A DNA stretch of 64,000 bases, from the NCBI GenBank assembly GCA_029775855.1, contig JARVJZ010000005.1, positions 71,807 through 135,806 of the forward strand. The letters run 5' to 3'. The notes below the pieces were generated by a model, which ran no database searches, was not told where the DNA came from, and saw only the letters and a program-made list of their open reading frames with translations. A program made the translations under genes and the position numbers. The DNA comes from Nitrososphaeria archaeon (GTDB lineage: Archaea > Thermoproteota > Nitrososphaeria > Nitrososphaerales > JAAOZN01). This document shows positions 39,263 through 49,666 of this stretch, piece by piece (the stretch's first letter is position 1; each line of letters begins with the position of its first letter).

Positions 39263-40017
39263 GACCTTACCCTTCCAGACACCATTGTGCTTATAGTTTC
39301 CTCTCCACGTAATACCTTTAAAACTCTTTCAGGGTATAGCCCGTTTACAAAGTATACATCTGAACCCAGAGAGGCGATCTTTTGGGCTTCTCTAACCTTC
39401 CCTAATATGCCGCCTGTCACATCAAATTCTACACCCGCATTGTGCTCTGTACGCCAAGTCAAAGAGATTTCTTTAAGCAGCCTACCAGACTTAGGGTCAG
39501 TATCATACAGCCCATCAACATCGATTATGAACACCACTTTTCTCGGCTTAAGGTATTCTGCAAGGAGACGCATCAGCATATCCCCAGATATAACGAAGCA
39601 CCCCTCTTTGCTTGGAATGACATCGCCGTATGTTATAGGTGTTAAGTTGCATGAGAGAGCTTCGTTGAGGACATTGATGCACTCTTTATATAGGATATGG
39701 TGTGGGTGTATACTATATACTGGTATGCCAGCCCTTAAGAGGCTCAGCACGACCTCGTTGTGTAAAGTAAAGACGCCTAGGCGTGTAAGTGTGACTCCTT
39801 TAGGCTCAACTTTTGCTGGCTCAATCTTCAACCCATATTTTTTTGCTATCGGGTGAGCATAAGAGCCGCCGCCGTGCACCAGCACCAACCTACCCTCATA
39901 GCGTGCTAATGCTGAGGAAAGGTTGTTTAAACAGTTGAATCTAAGAGATAGCGGTTTGCTTTTATCCGTGATTACTGAGCCGCCGATCTTAACTAAAGTT
40001 AACTCTTCTGAATCCAA
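39259..40017 (-). CDS. ipk: isopentenyl phosphate kinase
   Basis: K.GGSVITDK, VHGGGS..H, SGD and DVTGGI.GK motifs; lies between mvk and fni. Confidence 0.92.
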   Translation of the reverse strand: MDSEELTLVKIGGSVITDKSKPLSLRFNCLNNLSSALARYEGRLVLVHGGGSYAHPIAKKYGLKIEPAKVEPKGVTLTRLGVFTLHNEVVLSLLRAGIPVYSIHPHHILYKECINVLNEALSCNLTPITYGDVIPSKEGCFVISGDMLMRLLAEYLKPRKVVFIIDVDGLYDTDPKSGRLLKEISLTWRTEHNAGVEFDVTGGILGKVREAQKIASLGSDVYFVNGLYPERVLKVLRGEETISTMVSGRVRS

Positions 40018-40952
40018 GTCTTTACCCCGCTGTTAGGTAAGGGTGTGGCGAAGGCTTCTGAGGATATGCTTGAGATCTCTTTAACAACATTATCTACCTT
40101 ATCCTCTGAGCATAGTATAATCACGCTACCACCTCCGCCAGCTCCTGTCAGCTTCGCACCGTATGCTGAAGATGATAGAGCTGCTTCAACTATCCTATCG
40201 ATTTCCTTTATCGAAATTCCAAGCCAGCTTAAAGTTGCGTGAAAGAAGTTGAGTATAGCCCCAGCCCTCTTAAGGTCGCTTAAACATAAGGCGTCGGCGC
40301 AGCAGTGCGACATTACAGTTGAAGACTCCACAAGACTGTTAAACAAAGACGGATTCTCCTCCCTCCAAACCTTAACCCGTTCAATTAAATCACTTGTCTT
40401 CCTCTCTATACCAGTGCAAGCTACTACAAAACTCACATTTTTGCTGAGGGTCAGAGTTTGTGGTTTAGCACCTTTTTTGAATAAGAGTAAACCGCCTCTG
40501 GCTGAAACTTGAACATCCACACCAGAGGGGCTCCTATGCACTAAACGTTCAGCAGACATCGCTAACTCTATAACTTCATCTAAAGACAATTTATGCCCAA
40601 GGGCCAGCGCGGTAGCAGCTACTGTGGCGACTGCCGATGAGCTCGATGAACCTAATCCGGATCTAGGCGGTATGTTGCTTTGAATCGTTAGTTTAACTCC
40701 TCTTTTTTCGTTTAAATATTCTTTTGTGGAGGAGATTGCTGCTGCGAGTGGTTTAAGTTTTTCTGGAATCTTGTTAGTTGATAGGTCTGCTTGCATCTCG
40801 AGGTTCTTGGAGTATATAGTGGTTGTAGGCGAGGTTTCGGCTATGGCTGTTGTGCCTCGATTTATGGCTGCTGCGAGGGCTGTTGCGCCGTAGACTACAA
40901 AATGTTCTCCGCAGATTATTATCTTTCCTGGGGCGTAGGCGTATGCTTCCAA
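39999..40952 (-). CDS. mvk: mevalonate kinase
   Basis: PGKII..GEH.VVYG, GLGSS, PSGVD and KLTGAGGGG motifs. Confidence 0.94.
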   Translation of the reverse strand: MEAYAYAPGKIIICGEHFVVYGATALAAAINRGTTAIAETSPTTTIYSKNLEMQADLSTNKIPEKLKPLAAAISSTKEYLNEKRGVKLTIQSNIPPRSGLGSSSSSAVATVAATALALGHKLSLDEVIELAMSAERLVHRSPSGVDVQVSARGGLLLFKKGAKPQTLTLSKNVSFVVACTGIERKTSDLIERVKVWREENPSLFNSLVESSTVMSHCCADALCLSDLKRAGAILNFFHATLSWLGISIKEIDRIVEAALSSSAYGAKLTGAGGGGSVIILCSEDKVDNVVKEISSISSEAFATPLPNSGVKTWIQKS

Positions 40953-40958
40953 CGCTCA

Positions 40959-41804
40959 TCATTTACTAAACTTTACTGAGGCGTAGCCGACTACCGAACT
41001 TTTGTCCCCTGTGATATCGCCGCTTGTAGCGTATTTGAGAAGCTCAGCTTTTCTTAGATTAAGTTCGTTCACAGCGGTTATCAACGCAGCTATAGGACCA
41101 TACCCGCAAGCAGATACATCTAGGCGTTGCAGCACATTATAGAGCTTAGATACATCTAGAGTAAGTGCAGCTTTAATAAATTCATAATCTTTGGTTGAGG
41201 CTTGTTTATGGCTCTCATAGTGAGTTAGATCTGAAGACGCTATTATTATGCATCTCCTTCCCCTAACTATCTTCGCCAAAGCGTGTCCAACTTCCGTAGA
41301 AGTTTCTTTATCTTGGAAGAGCATAGATATAGGTAGGATCTTAAACTGTGAATTGAAGATGTATTGTAGGAAGGGGAGTTGAACCTCTATCGAATGTTCA
41401 CGCTTATGTGACTCAGCGTTGAAATCGACTATACCTGAAAACTTTACGAGAGTCTTAGCGTCCTCTGAACTAACTTCAAGAGCACCTAAAGGTGTACGCC
41501 AGATTCCTCCTGATACCGTGGCAACCCCACTACCGAGCCCCCAGTGATTAGGCCCCATGATTACAACGAGCTCAGGATTAGGCAAGGCTGAAGCATAATA
41601 GTAGCCGTGTGCAGCGATTGGACCTGAATACATGTAGCCAGCGTGTGGAGAAATAAGTCCAATAACTTCTTCATCAGACCTTGGAGCTGGCGGTATCTTC
41701 TGAGGCCCGAGTGGATGTAAGAAGCATTCTTCGATGCTCTCCTTGAGCTTAGTAGGGTCTGATTCGTAAAACTGCCCGGCTACGGCAGGCATTCTAACCT
41801 CCAA
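40959..41804 (-). CDS. MEMO1-family protein
   Basis: PAVAG.FY, PHAGYMYSG, EHSIEVQLPF, SSDLTHY and CGYGP motifs. Confidence 0.93.
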   Translation of the reverse strand: MEVRMPAVAGQFYESDPTKLKESIEECFLHPLGPQKIPPAPRSDEEVIGLISPHAGYMYSGPIAAHGYYYASALPNPELVVIMGPNHWGLGSGVATVSGGIWRTPLGALEVSSEDAKTLVKFSGIVDFNAESHKREHSIEVQLPFLQYIFNSQFKILPISMLFQDKETSTEVGHALAKIVRGRRCIIIASSDLTHYESHKQASTKDYEFIKAALTLDVSKLYNVLQRLDVSACGYGPIAALITAVNELNLRKAELLKYATSGDITGDKSSVVGYASVKFSK

Positions 41805-41844
41805 AGAGCATCGGATTAGAGTAGTAGGTGCTGGCTTTAAAACA

Positions 41845-42525
41845 TTAGGGCTTAGATGTTCCTTCTGCTGCTTCCTCTATGATTTTGGTTTCAAAGTCCT
41901 CTATAGTGTATTTCATAGGCTGGTCTGCGGTTAATCTGCCTGTCCGTATAAGTACTGCTCTGGCTAGTAGCCAAAAGACTGCCGCCAAAGCCTTTCTGCC
42001 ACGGTTATTTGCTGGTATTACTAAATCGACTTTAGAGGTTACATTGTCTGTGTCGCAGACCGCAATAACAGGCACACCCATCTTGGATGCTTCATCAACT
42101 GCTTGTGCGTCTATCGCTGGGTCACTTACTATAAGGAGCTCTGCATCTATATGGTAAGGGTAGAGCGGGTTTGTAAACGTACCAGGCATAAAGCGTCCGG
42201 TTACAGGGATTGCTCCAGTTAGTTCGCAGAACTTTTCTACTGGGGTTTTACCGTATTCTCTGGCTGAATATACTACGACTTTGCTTATGTCTGCTCTTGA
42301 TATGAAGCGAGCTGCTGTCTCGATCCTCTCTAAAGTTTTGCCTAAGTCTATGTAGTGTAGGCCGTCGGGGGTTGTTCTGCTTATAAAATGCGCCATGGCT
42401 TTAGTCTTTACCATTGTGCCTACGCGTATACCTGTTGCGAAGAGTGTCTTCTCTGTTATTGCGGTTCCAGCTTTTGCTAGCTGATCTACACCTTCCGATT
42501 CATCATTTAGGTCTTTTTTGGACAT
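41845..42525 (-). CDS. rps2: 30S ribosomal protein uS2
   Basis: GRF.PGTFTNP, A.CDTDN and P.NN.GRK motifs. Confidence 0.95.
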   Translation of the reverse strand: MSKKDLNDESEGVDQLAKAGTAITEKTLFATGIRVGTMVKTKAMAHFISRTTPDGLHYIDLGKTLERIETAARFISRADISKVVVYSAREYGKTPVEKFCELTGAIPVTGRFMPGTFTNPLYPYHIDAELLIVSDPAIDAQAVDEASKMGVPVIAVCDTDNVTSKVDLVIPANNRGRKALAAVFWLLARAVLIRTGRLTADQPMKYTIEDFETKIIEEAAEGTSKP

Positions 42526-42607
42526 CTTGCTTATTTCACGCTTACCGCATATTAGGCTTCCTACAGCTTCTTTATAAGGGTATGCTGGGAGCTCGATAAG
42601 GTTTTAA

Positions 42608-43021
42608 TTGGGTGGAATGAGGTTCTCTGCTGGGTTGGAGTATTCTTATGCTGATGATGTTAAGAAGATGGCTGAATCCATAGTGAATGCGCTCAGTTTA
42701 GGATACATCGATCTTTCGAGGCTTGGTTTCGTTAGGAGCAGAGGCAGTAGATCTAGGCAAGCTGTTGCGAGGATACATGCAGTAGGTAGGGCTTGGGAGG
42801 CTGCTTTCAATATTAGACCGATGTATCTTATAGAGGTTATATCTGAAAGGTTTGATAGGCTCTCCCAGCAAGAGAAGGAGAAGGTTATTATACACGAGTT
42901 GCTACATATACCGAAAGGTTTCAGTGGAGGGTTTGTACCTCACGGCAGAGGTGTGAATCGAAGAAGAGTTGATGAGATGTATGCTAAATACATAGAGAAG
43001 AGCATTCTATTCAGATGTTAA
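42608..43021 (+). CDS. putative small HExxH metallopeptidase
   Basis: RS.GS...A.ARI, Y.IEVISE.F and HELLHIP..F.G motifs. Confidence 0.75.
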   Translation: MGGMRFSAGLEYSYADDVKKMAESIVNALSLGYIDLSRLGFVRSRGSRSRQAVARIHAVGRAWEAAFNIRPMYLIEVISERFDRLSQQEKEKVIIHELLHIPKGFSGGFVPHGRGVNRRRVDEMYAKYIEKSILFRC

Positions 43022-43215
43022 GATACTTTATATCCTATCTTAACAGTAACTTGGAACTCCTTTACTTCCCCTTCCTTTATGCTGCCTCTAATCTCAGATA
43101 CTGAGAACCATGAGATCTGCTTACTTTCTTTATAGGCTTCCTTCACAGCCTTCTTTATGGCGTCATCCAACCCTTCTTGGGATACACCTACTACTTCAAT
43201 ATATTTGTAGACCAA
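43018..43215 (-). CDS. dodecin-family flavin-binding protein
   Basis: VYK.IEVVG.S, WF.V.E.RG and FQV..KIG motifs. Confidence 0.92.
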   Translation of the reverse strand: MVYKYIEVVGVSQEGLDDAIKKAVKEAYKESKQISWFSVSEIRGSIKEGEVKEFQVTVKIGYKVS

Positions 43216-43321
43216 TAACCATCAGAATAGAGGTAAACAGTTCTTGAATATCAGTTTTGCGCTTCGGTTAGATAACTAAATTTTTATACTATAGGTGTCA
43301 AATTTGATTGCGTGGTGCTGA

Positions 43322-43801
43322 ATGGGCAAGAAAGGAAGGGAAGTAGTTGAGGGTGATGTCAACTTACTTATCAAGGAGCTTCAGAAGGCTCACGCCGATG
43401 AATGGATAGCATTCTACTACTACACTTTAGCATCTGAAGTAGCTGAAGGTAGAACCTCACCTATGATCATAGATGCCTTAAAAGACCTTGCTAAAGATGA
43501 ACTTGAACACGCAAGCGAGCTAGCGGAGAGGATAATTGAACTCGGCTCAGAGCCGACTACAGATTTCGCCCAACTCACAAAGGTAGCAAACTACCCTGAG
43601 GTTAAGCTGCCTAAAGACCCCAAGGATCTTGATGGCATAGTTAATGCAGTCATCGAAGCTGAAAGAGGGGCTATAGATGTATACAACAATTTGCTAAAGA
43701 AGCTGATGAAGGATTGGAAAGACCCAGTGACCTTCCACATAATACGGCATATAATGCAGGAAGAGGTGGCTCACGAAGAGAGGATGGAGGACATCCTCTA
43801 G
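43322..43801 (+). CDS. ferritin-like / Dps-like (DpsL-type) protein
   Basis: DEW.A.Y.Y, DE..HA...AERI..LG, AE..AI..Y, D.VT and EE..HE motifs. Confidence 0.88.
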   Translation: MGKKGREVVEGDVNLLIKELQKAHADEWIAFYYYTLASEVAEGRTSPMIIDALKDLAKDELEHASELAERIIELGSEPTTDFAQLTKVANYPEVKLPKDPKDLDGIVNAVIEAERGAIDVYNNLLKKLMKDWKDPVTFHIIRHIMQEEVAHEERMEDIL

Positions 43802-43824
43802 CCACCGCTCTTATTTTTACCTCG

Positions 43825-45834
43825 CTATGACAATAATCTTCTTAACTCATCCCTACTTGTAGTCGGCGGATAGCAACTCTGTTTAACACACACATAGGCT
43901 GTAGGCAAACCGTTTAAGGGCACCTTACCTTTAACAATTGGAATAACAGTTGAGTGCTCTGACCCATCTAGAGTTTGGGCTAAGACTTTGTTCGGTAGAG
44001 GTCTTCGATGTACCTCTTCAATCAAATGTTTGGCTTGCTTAGGGTCTCCTACTATAACCACTTCAAGTTGTGAATTCTTGTATTCTGCTGCTGTTATTAG
44101 TGTTGTATGCTGCTCTGGTAGTTCAGCGACAGCACCCCACATAGCTTTTATAGCTTTTTCTGATACTGAGTAGAATCTGCTGTTTTGGTTTAATGCAGCT
44201 AATCTGAGCAAGTTTAGGGTTAAGGTTGCGGCTGGAGATGGGGTAGCGCCGTCTTGAGCATCCTTAAGTCTTAATATGGTGTTTCCTTCTACTGTATTGT
44301 AGAAGCCACCCTCACCTTTGTCTTCGAATAGTTCAATCGCTTTCTCTGCAAGCCTATAAGCCCATTCTATCCACTCTATGCTAAAGTCTGATTCGTATAG
44401 GTCTATTAGAGCTTTGATCAAGTAGGCGTAATCTTCAAGTAGACCTTTTACTCGAGCTTCACCTTCACACCAACTGTGATAAAGTATGTCTCCTTCGGTT
44501 AAATGCTGCTTTATGAAGAGGATGGTCTTTCCCGCCACTTGAAGGTAAGTGTCGTCGCCGAAGGCTTGGTAGGCTGTTGAGAAGGCTGAAGCTGCTAGAG
44601 CGTTCCAAGATGTCAGTATCTTTTTATCTATGCTAGGTTTTGTGCGCCTTCCTCGCTCCTCTAGTAAGGTTTTGTGCGCCTTCAAGAGTCCCTCTTCAAC
44701 CTTGGTTTCATCAATCCCTAATTCTGAAGCAACTTGCTTAACATCCTTAGATACATAAAGTATGTTTCTCCCTTCAAAGTTTCCCTCTTCTGATACGCCA
44801 TAGGCTAAGTTAAAGGCCTCTGAGCCTACTAATCGGTCTAACTCATCTTTCGACCAAGTGTAGAATTCACCCTCCACTCCGCCGCTTTCTGCGTCTTGGG
44901 CTGAGTAGAATCCACCTTCAGGCGCAGCCATCTCATTAAGCATCCATTGCAAAGTCTTCTCAGCAACCCGCCTATAAAGTGGTTCTCCAGTAATCCTCCA
45001 AGCGTCGATGTAAATAGATGCTAATAGAGCGTTGTCGTAGAGCATCTTTTCAAAGTGCGGTATAAGCCAATACCGATCTGTTGAATATCTGTGAAAGCCG
45101 CCGCCAAGTTGGTCAAAGACACCCCCTTTAGCCATATGTGTTAAGCTCTTGTTGAGCATCTTAAGCGCTAAGCTGCTCTTCGATTTAACATAATACATTA
45201 TTAGAAAGGATAAGTAAGGTGCATTCGGAAACTTCGGCGCCTCGCCGAAGCCTCCATAAAGTTGGTCAAACATCCTACTCAGGTTAAGGAAAGCCTCATG
45301 ACTGACCTCTTGAGTAGGCACACCAAATGAAGATTTAGATGACTGGCGGAGATATTCTAGCAAGTTTGACGAAGCCTCAACTATCCTTGCTCTATCATTC
45401 ATCCAAAAATGCGCTATTGTCAAGAGTATCCGTTTAAAGCTTGGAAAACCGAACTTATCCTCTGGCGGGAAGTATGTGCCACCATAAAATGGTTTTAATT
45501 CAGGTGTAAGAAAGACTGTAAGCGGCCAACCTCCTTGCCCAGTTAAGCTGACCACAGCCTTCATGTAAAGTTGATCTACATCAGGTCTCTCCTCTCTGTC
45601 AACTTTAATGGCAACAAAATACTTGTTGATTATAGAGGCGGTTTCTTCATCCATAAAGCTTTCTCGATTCATAACATGGCACCAGTGGCAAGTAGAGTAT
45701 CCTATGCTCAGTAGTATCGGTTTATCCTCAGCAACGGCTTTAGCGAAAGCTTCATCACACCAAGGATACCAGTCAACTGGGTTAGAGGCGTGCTGTTGCA
45801 GATACGGGCTCTTTTCTCTAGCTAATCTATTCAA
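43825..45834 (-). CDS. YyaL/SSP411 thioredoxin-domain protein
   Basis: NRL..EKSPYL.QHA.NPV.W, CHWCH and GGGFHRYS motifs. Confidence 0.93.
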   Translation of the reverse strand: MNRLAREKSPYLQQHASNPVDWYPWCDEAFAKAVAEDKPILLSIGYSTCHWCHVMNRESFMDEETASIINKYFVAIKVDREERPDVDQLYMKAVVSLTGQGGWPLTVFLTPELKPFYGGTYFPPEDKFGFPSFKRILLTIAHFWMNDRARIVEASSNLLEYLRQSSKSSFGVPTQEVSHEAFLNLSRMFDQLYGGFGEAPKFPNAPYLSFLIMYYVKSKSSLALKMLNKSLTHMAKGGVFDQLGGGFHRYSTDRYWLIPHFEKMLYDNALLASIYIDAWRITGEPLYRRVAEKTLQWMLNEMAAPEGGFYSAQDAESGGVEGEFYTWSKDELDRLVGSEAFNLAYGVSEEGNFEGRNILYVSKDVKQVASELGIDETKVEEGLLKAHKTLLEERGRRTKPSIDKKILTSWNALAASAFSTAYQAFGDDTYLQVAGKTILFIKQHLTEGDILYHSWCEGEARVKGLLEDYAYLIKALIDLYESDFSIEWIEWAYRLAEKAIELFEDKGEGGFYNTVEGNTILRLKDAQDGATPSPAATLTLNLLRLAALNQNSRFYSVSEKAIKAMWGAVAELPEQHTTLITAAEYKNSQLEVVIVGDPKQAKHLIEEVHRRPLPNKVLAQTLDGSEHSTVIPIVKGKVPLNGLPTAYVCVKQSCYPPTTSRDELRRLLS

Positions 45835-45876
45835 CTCGACTATATATTAATACATAAACCTACTTGATTAACATTC

Positions 45877-47838
45877 CTAATCATTATCCTTCCTATATTC
45901 AGATAACAAATTGAGGAGTTTTGCGATGTCTTTATCATTCGTGAACTGCTCGATGCTGAACTTCGCCCTCTTCCTCCAGTTTCCCGCTTCAACACCTGTA
46001 CCCGGTATATTATGTGCTTCTTCTTCTAGCCAAAGATCTTCTAGGTTGACTAGCAGTATCTTTGCTTTGCTTAGTGCTAGCAATTTTAGCGCCGCTTCTA
46101 GTAGGTCTTTTTCGCTTTGGCTTTTTTTGAGTAGTTTTGCGGTCTTTAGATGCTGCCTTAGTTCCTCTATTTGATGCGTTCGCTGTGTTATTTCATTTTC
46201 TGCTTGCTCTTTGTCTATTAGACCCATTTTAAATCTTAATTTGATGTCTCTTCCTTCTAGGTAAGCTTTGAATGGTGGCATGTCGTGTGTGTTAAGAGCG
46301 GTTAAAGTGTTTGTTGACACATTCTGTAGCGCTGCTAATGGTTTAATTTGTAGGATGAAGCAGCCAATTAACCCATGCCTTTGGATTGCATTATTTATGT
46401 AGTTTGGTACCGTCCCTAGGTTCTCACCTATTACTGCGCACCTATGCCTATGTGATTCTAAACTGATTATAGCGTAAAACTCTTCAGCGTTATATTCCAC
46501 ATAGACACCTTCGTCGCCACCAGCTCCCTTAGGTATCCAATAGAGCCTATGGAGAGCCATCACATGATCTAACCTCAAGATTTGTGCGAAGCGCATATGG
46601 TGCTGTATGCATTGAATGAAGTAGTCGTATCCTTCTTCCCTTATCTTCTCTGGATGGATCGGATTAATACCCCAGTTCTGCCCCTTTGGAAAGAAAGAGT
46701 CTGGTGGAGCACCTACATAAACATCTTTAACGAATATGTTGCTCCAACGCCAAGCGTCATATCCATCTGGGCTGCAACCTAGAGGTAAGTCAAGATATAG
46801 TTTTACTCCATGTTTTTTAGTTTGAGAGGCTAGGTGTTTTAACTGCAGTTGGGCTAGGGTCTGTAGGTAAAGGTGTTGTTTGAATCTAGCCTCATATTCC
46901 TTATTAGATGATGCTTGCTTCGATGCCCTAAACCTCGCGTATTCTTCCAACTCTGGGTGTTCTTTGATATACCTCTTTATGGTGTGGTCTCCGTTTTCGA
47001 TGGCTTCCTCAGCAAGATTAGCTGCAACCAGCTCTTTTATTTTGATTATATTCTCGTAATCAACCTTCTTGGATGCATTCACTTCCTTTATCCTCTGCTT
47101 TAAGGTATGACTTAACTTTCTTAGGTTAGAAGGTGTGTTAAGGTCTACATAGAATTCGCTCCAAAACACCTTGCTGAATGGTGTGTATGGGCTTGGGTCA
47201 AAAGTATGGTTTGGGTTTAAAGGGAGTAGGGGGGTTGTGCCAACGAAACCAGCTCCAAATTTAGAAACCCATCTGCTAAGTGTTAGAAGGTCGTTGTATG
47301 TTCCAGCACCCCAGCTTCTTTTTGAATAGAGTGCATAGAGTGGTATGTATACTCCCCAAATCTTACTTTTAAGCTGATATGCTTTAGAAGGCGCTGAGAT
47401 GATAAGAGCCTTACTCAACAACCCCTCTACCGCTATCTCAAACCTGTGGTAGCCGAAGGGTATCCTAAAAGGTAGATTTAGCGTTCTATTCTCTTTTAAC
47501 TCAGCGAACCACGACTTAACCCTTCTTTCACCCTCTAGGAGAAGCCGACACTCAACTCTTTTGCAGCTATCCACATTTGATTTGACGGGTAAGGAGCGGG
47601 CGCCATCAAACAACACTACAACAGGTTCGATGAGCCTCGATTCAAGTTGAGCAAGCCTATATCTATAGGCGTTCTCCAAATCAGAAAGAGTATCTAATCT
47701 TGCACCAAGCGCTTTCAACACCTTCAGCAACGAAGCCAAAGGAGGTCTCCTAAGCCTACCAAACACATCTCGATACCGTATTTGAACACCATACGCTCTA
47801 CATAAATCGGTTAAGGTGGGCTTTCTTTGACGGTGCAA
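45877..47838 (-). CDS. malQ: 4-alpha-glucanotransferase (GH77)
   Basis: SPY.P.S, GAPPD, GQNWG, R.DH, GENLG and THD motifs. Confidence 0.92.
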   Translation of the reverse strand: MHRQRKPTLTDLCRAYGVQIRYRDVFGRLRRPPLASLLKVLKALGARLDTLSDLENAYRYRLAQLESRLIEPVVVLFDGARSLPVKSNVDSCKRVECRLLLEGERRVKSWFAELKENRTLNLPFRIPFGYHRFEIAVEGLLSKALIISAPSKAYQLKSKIWGVYIPLYALYSKRSWGAGTYNDLLTLSRWVSKFGAGFVGTTPLLPLNPNHTFDPSPYTPFSKVFWSEFYVDLNTPSNLRKLSHTLKQRIKEVNASKKVDYENIIKIKELVAANLAEEAIENGDHTIKRYIKEHPELEEYARFRASKQASSNKEYEARFKQHLYLQTLAQLQLKHLASQTKKHGVKLYLDLPLGCSPDGYDAWRWSNIFVKDVYVGAPPDSFFPKGQNWGINPIHPEKIREEGYDYFIQCIQHHMRFAQILRLDHVMALHRLYWIPKGAGGDEGVYVEYNAEEFYAIISLESHRHRCAVIGENLGTVPNYINNAIQRHGLIGCFILQIKPLAALQNVSTNTLTALNTHDMPPFKAYLEGRDIKLRFKMGLIDKEQAENEITQRTHQIEELRQHLKTAKLLKKSQSEKDLLEAALKLLALSKAKILLVNLEDLWLEEEAHNIPGTGVEAGNWRKRAKFSIEQFTNDKDIAKLLNLLSEYRKDND

Positions 47839-47874
47839 GATAGAATCTGTTTACTATTCAAGCTCTTTTTAGTC

Positions 47875-48612
47875 TTATCCCTCCTCGGCTCCTACATGTT
47901 CACCTAAAGCTATCTTCAAGATCTTTGTATGCTTCTTTTCATCTATGTCGATAGAGGTTAAGAGTGCTTTCACCGTTGGACTAGTTTCCTTCAAAAAGTC
48001 TAGTCTGCTATCAATAGCCTCATCCTCCATCTCTAAAACAGCCCTTAATGTTTGAAGCTCTGCGTCAGTAAAATATGGTTCATTTAATTTATCAAGCCTA
48101 GCGAAAATATGTGAAACTATGTCAGCATGCCTTAGGCTGTCTGCTGCTATCTGTCTGAATAGAAGTTCAATTAACTCATCTCTAATGTTGTCAGTAGCCT
48201 TAAGACAACGCTGCGCTGTTTTAATCTCTAACAACCTTCTAGCGTTAAGTAGAGCTGCTAATTCGCCAATCTCACCTTCAGCCTTAGGCTGCATCTTTGA
48301 ACCTTTTTTAAGCGAAATTATCTGTTTTGCAGCATCAAGTAGATTGAGTTCAACAGCATCCGCATCTAAACCTCCAGCAACCTTCTGCGTAAGCTCCTCA
48401 ACAACCAACTGAGCCTCACCATCAAGTAACTCACGAAGCCTAACACCACGGCTACCCTTCATATACTGCGATACAGCAGCAGGCGTCACACAAAGCACGG
48501 TAGCCGCATCCTTCTTAGAAAAGCCGTATCTTGAGATAAGTAGAGCTGCAACAGACGCTCTTAAAGGTGGAATGATATCCTCACTTCTAACTCTCTTAAG
48601 TTTTTTATCCAT
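47875..48612 (-). CDS. HTH transcription regulator fused to a ferritin-like domain
   Basis: N-terminal IP..R...A..L....G.S....A..L.VT.AAVSQY..G.RG; C-terminal QIA.DS.RH and SI..DEKKH di-iron-like motifs. Confidence 0.75.
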   Translation of the reverse strand: MDKKLKRVRSEDIIPPLRASVAALLISRYGFSKKDAATVLCVTPAAVSQYMKGSRGVRLRELLDGEAQLVVEELTQKVAGGLDADAVELNLLDAAKQIISLKKGSKMQPKAEGEIGELAALLNARRLLEIKTAQRCLKATDNIRDELIELLFRQIAADSLRHADIVSHIFARLDKLNEPYFTDAELQTLRAVLEMEDEAIDSRLDFLKETSPTVKALLTSIDIDEKKHTKILKIALGEHVGAEEG

Positions 48613-48623
48613 TTGTTATTCAC

Positions 48624-48645
48624 ACTGTTAACCAGTTAAATTAAC
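48624..48645. promoter_or_regulatory. overlapping palindromes in the divergent promoter (candidate operator)
   Basis: ACTGTTAACCAGTTAAATTAAC contains TTAAC-N2-GTTAA and GTTAA-N-TTAAC. Confidence 0.4.
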
Positions 48646-48689
48646 GCCGTAAGGATTATTTAACTCTATTTCCACTATATTTACTATAG

Positions 48690-49586
48690 GTGCCGTGTTT
48701 GATTGGGCAGACGCTGATTGCATTGAGAGAAGGGTTTGAAGCAGCTCTAATCACATCGATAATAATAGCATACCTTACCAGACTGAATCGAAAGGACTTG
48801 ACAAAGCAAGTCTGGATAGGAGCCTATTTATCCCTAGCTTTAAGCGTATTGCTTGGCGCAGCCATCTGGTTCACATACGGAGCCATACCTAAGAGCACAC
48901 AAGTTCTATTTGAAGGAGTAGCGGCTTGGATAGCAGTTATTGTTCTCACGTCGATGATATACTGGATGGCTTCAAAAGGTAGGAGGCTAAAGGAAGAAAT
49001 CGAGCATAAGATAAACCAAATTATGCATAAAGAAGTTGTAGCAACATTTGGTAGCGGCTCCTCAACCTACCTTATCCGCACCTCAACACTAGCATTTGCG
49101 GCTCTTAGCTTTGTTGTGGTGTTCAGAGAAGGCTTGGAGACCGTTCTCTTCCTTACACCATTCTTACTAAGTAGCGTATTTGAAACATTAGCCGGAGCAG
49201 CCGCAGGTATTGGCGTAGCATTCCTCTTATCCTACCTAATATTCAAAGTAGGCATGAAGCTAAACCTACGAAGATTTTTTTACTATACAAGCATACTCTT
49301 AACATTACTGGCAGCTGGTCTAGCTGGATACGGAACACACGAACTTCTAGAGTACTCCAAATCTGTAGGCTTAGACTTAGGCTGGCTCTCTAAAAACGCT
49401 TACGCATTAAACATACCAGACGATAGCATCCTACACCATAAAGGCGCCATAGGATCTATATTCGCTGTTATGTTCGGCTACACCATTAAGGCGGAGTGGC
49501 TTAGAGTATTTGTACATCTAATCTATTTAGCTGTAACTTTACCCCTTATACTATATGCCTACTCTAATAAGCGAAGCAGCAATTGA
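48690..49586 (+). CDS. FTR1-family iron permease
   Basis: Two REGxE motifs (LREGFE, FREGLE) and multiple TM helices. True start is probably the TTG at 48699. Confidence 0.93.
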   Translation: MPCLIGQTLIALREGFEAALITSIIIAYLTRLNRKDLTKQVWIGAYLSLALSVLLGAAIWFTYGAIPKSTQVLFEGVAAWIAVIVLTSMIYWMASKGRRLKEEIEHKINQIMHKEVVATFGSGSSTYLIRTSTLAFAALSFVVVFREGLETVLFLTPFLLSSVFETLAGAAAGIGVAFLLSYLIFKVGMKLNLRRFFYYTSILLTLLAAGLAGYGTHELLEYSKSVGLDLGWLSKNAYALNIPDDSILHHKGAIGSIFAVMFGYTIKAEWLRVFVHLIYLAVTLPLILYAYSNKRSSN

Positions 49587-49666
49587 GCCCTTCTTTCCAT
49601 ATTCTATATATTAAAGGTAAGAAATATTTAAACCAATGTATCTACAACTAAGAGGCGTGCGATAAT

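Noticed and set aside
43287-48692. Shared 11-mer TACTATAGGTG upstream of the Dps-like gene (43287-43297) and FTR1 (48682-48692)
   Set aside because: Different positions relative to the starts. One copy overlaps a TATA-like box and the other a GGTG Shine-Dalgarno, so chance is a sufficient explanation.
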